DNA of 20,906 bases from Macrostomum lignano. Its lineage: Eukaryota. Location of the stretch: assembly GCA_002269645.1 (NCBI GenBank), contig NIVC01005215.1, positions 1 through 20,906 of the forward strand, read 5' to 3'. Below, in pieces: positions 10,441-19,213 of this stretch (positions are counted from its first letter, which is position 1; each line of letters opens with the position of its first letter). The position numbers were made by a program, and so were the translations under genes. A model generated the notes under the pieces. The model saw only the letters and a list, made by a program, of their open reading frames with translations, had not been told where the DNA came from and ran no database searches.

Positions 10441-12341
10441 TTATATTTGAGTAGGAGGTTTTTCCAAATAAGCAGTAGAGGGAAAAACATAACCAAACGA
10501 CGTACTACCACATACAACTGCACCACGAATAAAATGTGCAGCATCCGCTCCACCAGTTCGAGCACCAAAACCCATAAGGGTTCCAGATTTATCTAAAGTT
10601 CCCCAAGTTCCACTATCATATGTGAAAACGTTCTGTCCAATGAGGGTAAAAGAATCACCAGCAACATTGTATGACTGTAATCGGTACCAAACCCTTTGAT
10701 TTAAAATATTAACTTCAAATAAATGCCAATGCCGTTATCAATATTAGCATAGGCTACAGTTTGATCCGCATCACTACTAACATCGTTACGAACCGTAGAT
10801 CCGTCTGATTTTTTATTACTCCAAACAACTCCAAACCTATCAGTCCAGCATATATTTTGAAAATGTGTGAAATTGAATTGTAAAGCACCACTTACTCCAG
10901 AAGTTTCACGAGTAATTCTAGCGCCGTTTTGATAATCGATATAAGAAGCGTCACCAATTAAAGAACCGACTGGATATATATCTCCGGCGGTTGTTGGATT
11001 TTGATATCCAGACCAATTGCAAATTACTGGTTCGAACAAGGCCGCATCAATAGCAGGTATTCCATCCAATTTATTTTTATCGCTTCCAGACATTCTACCA
11101 TTTGATGTTGGAGTAGCTAGCTGATCTACGTACGCTCGCGGAACTGCAGAAAGTATTTGAGTTGGCCAATTAAGATCTTGAATTTCAACACGGTGTTCAA
11201 ATAATTGTATTTGACGAACCTCGATAGGTTGTGTACCGGTACCACCAGTTGGGAAGAATACGCTATAATATTTCCAAAAATTAGTCGTTAAATTAGATAG
11301 AGCAAATGATGTTGCTTGAACTGGTGATCCCGACGTAGTTAATGTCGTCCATGAATCGGTAGCAACATTTTTTGCGCGAACCGACCACCCGAGGGTATCT
11401 CAATTGTTTCACTGCCTGTAATTCTTAATTCAAATATTCTTCTATTATAACCTAAAAATTCAAATTGAATTTCCATATTGGTTGTGGTTCCGGTATTTGG
11501 TGACCATTGTGTCGCAAGGCTTCCATCTCCAACTCGAAAAGCTGTGTTGCCATTTTCAGATGCTGTAAGAACAACATCAGGATTTGAAGTATTTGATGTA
11601 AGCGGCGTGGTAAAAATATCGGCGTCGGTTGCATTAGCTCGCTCGTTTACTTGGCCTAGAGTTATCGAGTCTGCGTTCTCTGTTCCAAATAATAAATTTG
11701 TTAATTTAAAATTATTCATATTAATATTACCACTACGAGTGGCAACTTGATTATCGACATAGTTCTTATCAACCACTGAATCACTAGTTGTAATTGAAAC
11801 ATTTATAATTCGGTTGTTGCTCATATCTAGGTTTCCGGTTGCGGTGGTTTGAACATAACGTGAATCAGAATCAGTTCGAGAATAAGAATCAGTTACATCT
11901 CTTTTTAAATTTAATCCATTATCAACTTCGGTTTTGGTATAAGAATCGGCTACGTTCCGTTTCAAATTTAATGAATTATCAACTTCGGTTTTGGTATAAG
12001 AATCGGCTGTATTGCGTTTTAAATTTAATGAATTATCAACTTCGGTTTTGGTATAAGAATCGGCTGTATTGCGTTTTAAATTTAATGAATTATCAACTTC
12101 GGTTTTGGTATAGGAATCGGCTACGTTCCGTTTCAGATTTAGTGAATCATCTATTTGAGTTTTGGTATAGGAATCTGCAACATTTCTTTTTAAATTTAGT
12201 TTATATCAACTTCACTTTTTTTATAACCTTCATCTCATTAATATATCGATTATCTCCAAATGTAACACTTATTCCACCAGATGTGCCACCACCACCACTA
12301 CTTGTTGTTCCGTTCCATGAGGGTGTTCCAGAAAATAACAT
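10441..12341 (-). CDS. Fibre-like adhesin: YTKTEVD repeats, YadA-stalk-like motifs, F5/8-type-C-like domain, L-type lectin-like C-terminal domain (3 frameshifts)
   Basis: Starts MLFSGTPSW at 12341. Contains 19-aa NLKRNxADSYTKTEVDNSL repeats; LDMSNNRIINV..DSVVDKNYVD; PLTSNTS..AFRVGDG..QW..DSWTTL..YY; GRMSGSDKNKLDGI; and DNGIWHLFEV and GFGARTGG..HFI. Slips at about 12200, 11385 and 10734; stop at 10441-10443. Confidence 0.7.
11860..12225 (-). repeat. 57-bp coding tandem repeat (about 6.5 units) in the fibre gene
   Basis: Directly visible; two central units are identical. Confidence 0.9.
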
Positions 12342-12405
12342 TTTTTACTGTCTATTTTATAGAGTCTAAAATAGTCTTAAATACTTCGGGGTTTAACTTC
12401 GAGCT

Positions 12406-12795
12406 TCATTCGAAAGTTTTATATAAAAAATACAACGCCGCTTGCCCGCAATAACTTTTATCAAAGGTTTGAAATTGTTCGTGATGATCTCCACATAAAC
12501 GATTTTTAGTATGATTAAATTTATCTTTTATTTCCTGTAACGGAGGAAGCGCGTATGAATCAAAAAAATAAACAAGTTTTGGTTTTGAATAAACTGCTGA
12601 CCAATGAACACCATTTTCTTTTGTTGTTTCAATATTAACAATGAAAGATCCATATTGTGGTAAGTCTTTGATCTCATCTCGCATAACACATCTGAATGGT
12701 TTTATTTTTAACTGCCTCGCCCAATTTGTTAATTCGATATTGCTTGTTGTGTCCGTTCCATATCTTTGTTTAAAATCATCCCACGTCATGGTCAT
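12406..12795 (-). CDS. PRO: Adenain-family cysteine protease
   Basis: IVN..NGVHWSAV, YFFDSYA and FQ..DKSYCGQ give the His/Asp/Gln/Cys catalytic set. Intact ORF. Confidence 0.92.
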   Translation of the reverse strand: MTMTWDDFKQRYGTDTTSNIELTNWARQLKIKPFRCVMRDEIKDLPQYGSFIVNIETTKENGVHWSAVYSKPKLVYFFDSYALPPLQEIKDKFNHTKNRLCGDHHEQFQTFDKSYCGQAALYFLYKTFE

Positions 12796-12796
12796 T

Positions 12797-13006
12797 TTAT
12801 GTTCCTGAAAAACTCTTGGTTTTAGTTAGTTTCGTAGGTGTGGGTTTTAACAATTCCTTTCTTATTTTATCAGCTTGTAACTGCCTTAATTTTGCTAGTT
12901 CTAGTTCGTAATTATCTTCAGCTTTTTTAACTTTTTCTGATTGTTTTTTTATTAAATTATTATTATTATCGTGCTTTGCACGCGAACATGTTGTTCGATT
13001 ACCCAT
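12797..13006 (-). CDS. Small basic coiled-coil protein (69 aa; MG N-terminus)
   Basis: AAAAATG start; the stop abuts the adenain start. Confidence 0.5.
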   Translation of the reverse strand: MGNRTTCSRAKHDNNNNLIKKQSEKVKKAEDNYELELAKLRQLQADKIRKELLKPTPTKLTKTKSFSGT

Positions 13007-13016
13007 TTTTACAGTA

Positions 13017-13801
13017 CTAAACCTGTTTTATACGTAAAATTATTGTTATTGACTGCCCACCAAAACTTATTAATCTATCGCTTTCATCTACAATCCTAAT
13101 ATAAATTGATTGAACATTATATTGATTTAATGGGTAATATATTGGGGTTTGAGGTGAACAATCATTTTCTCTCCAATTGGAACAGCAAGAAATGGGATTG
13201 AATAAATAATTCCACGTTGAACCAAAACTCCGTTATCGTCTGTTATATAACCACCGTTTGAAATGTCGGTTGTTATATTAATTGTATTTACTCCACCCTC
13301 TATATTTCCAACTGTATCACCGGTGCTTGATGTGGTAACTATTCGGGAATTAAATCCAAGTATGGTTCTGAGTGAATTTGCAATTGTGAAATCAACCTGA
13401 TATCCGGATCCTAGTGATAGTGTGAATCTGCCAGACGGTAAATCAACACCTATAACAATTGCTCCTGCTACCCAATCACCATTAGTTGTTAATTCTCCTT
13501 CTATATAAGCATTCAAATCAGTATAGCTATACGCTCCTGGGTTAACGCTAAATGTTGTCCAATTGGCTCCGGAATCTTTAGAATATCTAAATTGATTATT
13601 TGTTGCATTAATTAATTGAGGCATGTTGAAAACCGAAAATAGTATTAAACCTATTTGATAACTTAGGCTTTGATCAAGTTGTAATGGATCGCGCAATTGA
13701 ATCCGTTGCTCGCTGGTTGTCATTATAAACTGTAATGTTGTACTAAATTTTGAATTAGTTCGATCTACCAATTGTTTTATAGTATTTAAATTTGTAGTCA
13801 T
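13017..13801 (-). CDS. PX: Minor capsid protein (penton, single jelly-roll); frameshift at about 13160
   Basis: NNQFRY, PGAYS, LRTILGF and VNTINITTDI, with a restored C-terminus PIYYPLN..IYIRIVDESDRLISFGGQSITIILRIKQV. Confidence 0.85.
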
Positions 13802-14635
13802 TTTTATAGTGGGAAATTAATCGACGAAGTCGCGTGCTATGCACGATCTCTTCTTCCTCATTATCTTCTTTTATCAAATTTGTTAAAATTCTATGTTTCC
13901 TTTCTAACCTCGGATTGATATAAATATGTTTGTATTGGCTATCATCCCAAATTTTTTTACACATACTTTTAAATGGTTTTGCATCCAATCCGGGATTAAA
14001 TCTAGCGTGTATATTTTGTAAATCATAATTATCTAAATCAAACATTACACAACAACTTGCATTCTTTTTTATAATCGATTCTAATTCTCTAAAGGATTGA
14101 GTAAGATAAAAAGCTCCAATTCCATCTCCTCTACCACTAACAAAAATTTCCTTTTGCAATTCTTGATCACCGTCATTAATACAATCATCAAAAATAATTA
14201 GTGTTTTATCATGTTTTGGAATTTGATCATAGGCTAATCGGGTTGATACTCTAACAGTTGGGGCTCGATCGGACGAAGTCCGCGACCCTTCGGGGCGATC
14301 GGTGATGTTTTCTGGCTGTTGTGCCATTGTTTTACATAAATCCTCAATGTCTGCTAGATTAAATCGCGGTTCGTCATCATCCTCATATTGCTCATATGCT
14401 CTTAACATTCTAAACAAGACATCTTTTTTTAATTTGTTTTTTAATCCATGTTTAAGAAATTCATAATATTTTATTCTAGGTTTATTAGTATAAATTATTA
14501 AATTATTATAGTCTAACATTCCATCTGTTGTTAATAAATCGTAAACAAAGTGTGTTTTTCCTTTACCTGATCCTCCGATTACTAAACAAAGAAAAGGATC
14601 ATTTGGAAATATTTATTGTGTTTTGCCTTTACCAT
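13755..14635 (-). CDS. ATP: A32/FtsK-HerA-like genome-packaging ATPase; frameshift at about 14612
   Basis: Start MVKAKHNK at 14635. Walker A LVIGGSGKGKT lies upstream of the track ORF; Walker B LIIFDDC; SGRGDG..FYLTQS. Confidence 0.92.
13820..13847. repeat. Double-hairpin element copy B, at the ATPase 3' end
   Basis: AT-CGAC GAA GTCG-CGTGC TAT GCACG-AT. Confidence 0.8.
14268..14299. repeat. Double-hairpin element copy C, in-frame inside the ATPase
   Basis: AT-CGGAC GAA GTCCG-CGACCC TTC GGGGCG-AT; encodes RPEGSRTSSD in an uninterrupted part of the ORF. Confidence 0.8.
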
Positions 14636-16140
14636 TTTTAAAGAAATAATTTAAATAGGCGCGACGGTCGGAGACCTGCACTGCGCGAACAATCGTGCCA
14701 TCAGCTTTAGCAATTGACATATATTCCTCTAGAAACAATACGTGGGCGTCAAGTGCCTGATTACCGGTTTTATTAATCTCTAACATATAATTAAGTCCAA
14801 TATTGGCTACGTTTTCTTTCTGTGCCGTTAGATCATAAACAACCACTGGATGAATGTTTAGAAACTCTGTGGGTGTGTACTGAGGGACGGCATACGCTTC
14901 ATTTTTGCATAATCTTGATAATATTTTATAAAATCATTAACATTATTATTTGCTATATTTAAATTTAGGGGGTCTTTAACCGGATAATATTGATCATCAA
15001 CCTGCAGGCGGATATTCTGAACATTAAACTCGTTAATAGCTGCAGCCGCATTGTCTGTTGCGGTGGCTGCTTGTTCTGCTATGGCACCGGATTGAAGCCA
15101 ATATAAATCCCCATTTGCTCTTTTACTCCTTCTATTTGTTATCTTAAACCAAACAAAAATATATCTCACCCGACGTTTTGATGTCAGTATTTGCCACTGG
15201 AATGAATCCTGGTTATTATTAATGGTTCGCATAAAATGTCGACGATTCAAATAAAATATTTCCTGATCATGCGTTAACTGATTATCGATGTGTTTTAAAA
15301 GTGGGGCTGTTACCTCAATAGTTGGTACGACTAATTGAATTGAATCTATACGAACTGCTATATCGGTTGAAATTGAGGTTCCATAAAGTATCCTAGGCTG
15401 ATATCCACCAGATATTTGCAACTGTATCCCAAATTTTAATCCTTTCCATACCCGATTTGGTGAGAAAACCCAAATAGTGGAAAGATTGAAAAGTCCTGCT
15501 CATATGCTGTTGCTGTGGTTAAAACCGCGACTGGGAATTTATTCTGACGATCTATAAAACCAGTATTAATATCTTTTGTATTAGTCATAGTGGTTACAAC
15601 TGGAACTATGTTTGTATTAAGGTAAACAATTAGCGCTGCAGTATCTGCACCGGCTGCGTTTTGTACATTAGGGAAAACTACTGCTTGACCGTTACCTTTA
15701 TCCGGCATCCACCCAACATTATCACCAACTTGTTTTGATAAATAAGTATAATTTAAATGTTTCAAAACTCCATTAATCTCTGCGGGGTTTGATGATGTCT
15801 CAACCTCAGCACCATTAACAGTTAGTTGAGCTTGGGAAAAACATTTATAAAACCAATCATTTTCTATTATTATTCCGGATCGATCTGCGATATCTCCGGC
15901 TGCAAGAGCAGTTCCATCATTTCTAGTATACAACCATCTAACGCGGAAAAACGCATTTTTCATATCCAATATAGTGTTGGTTGCGCCGATGTCAAAAGTT
16001 ACCGTTCCAGTAGTAAAGTTATTTGAATTATCACTTGTTGGTAGGGTATAATTTAAATCTCTTGCTCTGACCTCATTAATATACTGTCGGTGCTTTTTGA
16101 AATGAAATTTATCACTCCACATAGTTTTTGTTTCAGCCAT
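14613..16140 (-). CDS. PY: Major capsid protein (double jelly-roll); frameshifts at about 15457 and 14903
   Basis: VTFDI, ILDMKNAF, FSQAQLTVNGAEVE, PLFGF/NRVWKGLKFGIQL, RVRYIFVWF, NIRLQVDDQYYP and PVVVYDLT. Joins track ORFs 15436, 14858 and 14613. Confidence 0.88.
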
Positions 16141-16174
16141 TTTTTTAAGTTAAAAAAGTTTTTTATGTTAAAAA

Positions 16175-16845
16175 ATGAGTCAATTTATGGACGTTGATGG
16201 AGAGTTAGCGATTTATAAAGAGAAGCAAAGATATTCTGATTTTGTTAGAAATTTACAAAAAAGAAAGTTAGGAATACAATTAGCGGGTGAAAGATTTGCT
16301 GCTCCTTTTGTTAATCCTATTACTGGGAAAATTAGTGAACTAGAAAAAACAGATAAAGATCTTCTGGAAAAAATTGCTAAAAATACGGAGCCAAAAGAGG
16401 ATGAAATTTTGGATGAGCCGCCTGCTTATGAGACTGATCAAGCAATATTTAGAGTTGCAGAAATTAGACGTGAAGAGATTAGGGGTGGAGTTGAACAATA
16501 TCCGAGACCTGCACCAACTAGTATTGCTGTGACAGATTTAGGTGGTGGTAATTATCGAATTGGTAACGTTGTTAAAGATCGAAATGAACTATATAGAGAA
16601 TTGGGCGGAGCATTTAATATTATTACGAACCCTAGGGTAAAATTTAACCCGATTTATATACTAGGGATGAATTAATAAGTGCTAGAATTTTTTATGATGA
16701 GTTAGGAGGAGCTGTTAAAAATACCAGCTTGTATAAATGGATTGTTAATTCTATAAATAACAAACCAGCTGTTGGTGATGGATTTAAAACACCGCGAAAA
16801 CTTGTTTTAGCTGCTGCGAAAGCTGCTGGACATACTGGAGTTTAA
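16175..16845 (+). CDS. Polinton conserved protein, PZ-like C-terminal LxLxxAAxxAGHT motif, with a PPxY motif; frameshift at about 16650
   Basis: The alternative frame continues YTRDELIS...VGDGFKTPRKLVLAAAKAAGHTGV to TAA at 16843-16845. Contains LDEPPAYE and IRGG. The gene is divergent from the MCP. Confidence 0.55.
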
Positions 16846-16873
16846 TTAATTGTTAAATTTATTTTTTTATAAA

Positions 16874-17377
16874 ATGGATGAAACAATAAAAGACCACCTT
16901 TGTAAGCCTATTTATGATAAAGTTGGTTCTGACAGAATACTAAATAAAATATTTCAAGATGAATTAATAATTGCAAACCGTATTAAAACAATACAAATGA
17001 GACTTGGATCTCTTTATGAATTATTAGCTATTAAACATTTTGGTTTTGAAAAAGTAAATAAAATTGATTTAATTCATACAGAAAGAAAAGTTGCGTTAGA
17101 GTTAAAATCTTCTGATAACACAGATAATTCATCAAGTCGATTTAGAAATATTCAAAAGTTATTAGAATTTAAATATGTTAATCCCGAATTTGATTTATAT
17201 TATATTTGCATTAATAATACTACTAAAAACCCCGTACAAAAAGTATTTGATAATGGAGTTACCTTGTTAACTGGGGAATTTGCTTTAAATTTTTTATATG
17301 GTGACCAATATTTAGAAATTATTAAATTGATAGAAACATGTTTTTTAAACATTAAAAATGAACCAAATAGTATTTGA
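16874..17377 (+). CDS. PD-(D/E)xK type II restriction-endonuclease-like protein, Eco47II/Sau96I family-like (167 aa)
   Basis: RIKTIQMRLGSLYE, KIDLI, ALELKSSDNTDNSSS (as I recall, the family pattern is E-x-K-x3-N-T-x-N-S) and LLTGEFALNFLYG. Intact ORF; no methyltransferase motif was found in the element. Confidence 0.7.
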   Translation: MDETIKDHLCKPIYDKVGSDRILNKIFQDELIIANRIKTIQMRLGSLYELLAIKHFGFEKVNKIDLIHTERKVALELKSSDNTDNSSSRFRNIQKLLEFKYVNPEFDLYYICINNTTKNPVQKVFDNGVTLLTGEFALNFLYGDQYLEIIKLIETCFLNIKNEPNSI

Positions 17378-18962
17378 AGGAGGATTTTTAGATGTTCAAA
17401 AAGGATTAACAAGCTTACCACCAATATTTACTACTGGGAGGTATACGGGTGAGCTACACCTACCATCAATGAACTTCACAGGTTAACCCGTGGCCTGAGT
17501 GAGGAAGGCAATGTCCTTGCTAGTCACTATTTGTGGCGACATCTCCAAATTGCGTGAAACCCGTCATACAGCTTCAAGTACCACTTCAATTGAGAAATCT
17601 TTTGAAGGAACAGAGGTAACTCCTCTTCCCAATCGGACTTCGTCCGCGAACCTATGGTTCGATGGTAAAAAGCTTGAAGACACGGTGGCAATGCGCAGCC
17701 AAGCTCCTAAGTATTTTAAATATAAGGAGAAGGTTCAGAGAGCAGACGGAGATGGGCGGTAATTATCGCCGCTTAAGGTGTGCTCCAGCCTCTTTCGAAA
17801 GATTGAGGGTAAACTACCCGGCACTCGCTTAGATTTGAGATTAAATCCTGATGACACCCAAAAGCCGATTCAATTCCCATAAATGGAATTGATTGGTTAG
17901 CATACTATCATGACTTAGCATACAGAGATGCTGATAAGAACACACCCGAGGAAGCATTAAGATTAAAACATGAAGCCGATCAAAAAATGATTCAAGGATT
18001 AGATAACTTGCAGGGATTATCGGTAGGTCAAAAATTAACTAGGTGGATGGTTAAAAAGATCTTGCAGTCTAAAGTTAAATTTGGTTTGGGAATTAATTAT
18101 AATCAACATGGAAATAATTGTGTTGAGTGTTTGTTGTTAAGTGGCGGCGGGTTAAGTTCTGATGAGGCAAAGATTCTTCATAAAGAATATCGAAAACCTA
18201 AATTTTATAGAAAAATCATGAACTTCAAAAAGAATGAAATTTGGTATGCTGATTTAATGTCGATGCCGAACGAAAGAGGATATAAATATATCTTAACCAT
18301 ATTAGATGGTTTTACTCGATACGCGTGGGCTGTTCCTTTAAAATCCAAAAAGGGAGAGGAGGTTGCTGCTGCTTTTAGAAGTCTTGGAGAAAAAAGTGAA
18401 AGGTTGTGTGTTGACGAAGGAAAAGAATTTTACAATCCTCACATGTATAAATTGTATCATTTTGAAAAAGGACAAGAAAGGAAAAAGGACGCGAATGGGG
18501 AGTATATTAATAAAATTTATTCTATTTATGGAGAGAGTAAAAACGCATTAATAGAAAGATTTAATAGAACTTTAGGTAAGAAATTATGGTTTCAGTTTAG
18601 TCTTAATGGTAACCAAAAATGGGTAAAAATATTACCAGACGTAGTGAAAGATTATAACAATTCATATCATTCGGCGATAAAGATGACTCCTCAACAAGCT
18701 TATAACAATCCTGAAAATGTTAGGGTTACTTTTGGAGATTTTGAAAAAAAGAAAAAAAGGTTTTAAGGTTGGTGATTCTGTTTATATCTATAAATGGAAA
18801 GATAAGTTTGAAAAGGGAAGAAAAGGATATTGGAAAATAAGTGAGAAATTTACCATCAGTAAAGTTTTAAATACAAATCCTACAACCTATATAATTGCTG
18901 ATAAGGATGGTGAAGAAATATTGGGTTCTTTTTATGAGAACCAGATAATGTCTGCGAACTAA
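17358..18962 (+). CDS. INT: PLA2-integrase fusion: parvovirus-type phospholipase A2 followed by RVE (DDE) integrase; split by a group I intron; frameshifts at about 17858 and 18762
   Basis: Exon 1 (17358-17483) ends GELHLPSMNFTG. Exon 2 from 17817 reads PGTRLDLRL..PINGIDWLAYYHDLAY..KHEADQKM and runs in frame into WYADLMSM, YILTILDGFTRY, VDEGKEF and IERFNRTL, with a C-terminal FKVGD..FEKG..GSFYENQI. Confidence 0.88.
17484..17816 (+). ncRNA. Group I self-splicing intron, IC1-like, 333 nt, no homing endonuclease ORF
   Basis: P1 CAGGU/GCCUG with U.G at the splice site; CUAGUC-P2.1-GGCGAC; P3 CAUCUCC (17540-17546)/GGAGAUG (17748-17754); P element AAAUUGCGUGAAA; Q element GCGCAGCCAAG; P7 GAGCA (17740-17744)/UGCUC (17781-17785); P8 GGCGGU/AUCGCC; P9 with GAAA loop. 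Removal restores FTG-PGT in frame. Confidence 0.92.
17632..17663. repeat. Double-hairpin element copy D, in the intron P5 extension
   Basis: AT-CGGAC TTC GTCCG-CGAACC TAT GGTTCG-AT; both stems are perfect. Confidence 0.85.
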
Positions 18963-18972
18963 GTTCAAACAG

Positions 18973-19197
18973 TTACTTAAGACAACATGGTAGTAAATTT
19001 TTTATTACAAACAAAAACAATATTATTACTATTATTGTTACTAATATTATTATTGACATTTGTTCAACTGTTATCAAACTTAAATTTTCATTAAGTTCAT
19101 TAATTGGAACATTTCCGATGTAGGAATAATTTACCTTCATTTTTTTATATATATTTTTCATAATAAACGTCGTTTCTGTTATAGAATAATAGTTCAT
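18973..19197 (-). CDS. Small single-TM protein (74 aa)
   Basis: AAAAATG start and a C-terminal hydrophobic stretch IIILVTIIVIILFLFVI. Confidence 0.5.
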   Translation of the reverse strand: MNYYSITETTFIMKNIYKKMKVNYSYIGNVPINELNENLSLITVEQMSIIILVTIIVIILFLFVIKNLLPCCLK

Positions 19198-19213
19198 TTT
19201 TTAAATATTTTTT

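Noticed and set aside
10324-12369. Plus-strand ORFs 10324, 11478 and 11839, and other short antisense ORFs over core genes
   Set aside because: They are shadows of well-supported genes on the opposite strand or frame.
17499-17762. 87-aa ORF inside the intron as a homing endonuclease
   Set aside because: It starts at GTG, runs through the ribozyme core, and has no LAGLIDADG, His-Cys, GIY-YIG or HNH motif.
17481-17820. The PLA2 interruption as a spliceosomal intron or a transposon with an ACCCG target duplication
   Set aside because: There is no AG at the required 3' boundary, and collapsing the ACCCG repeat leaves an in-frame TAA. The group I pairings explain both boundaries.
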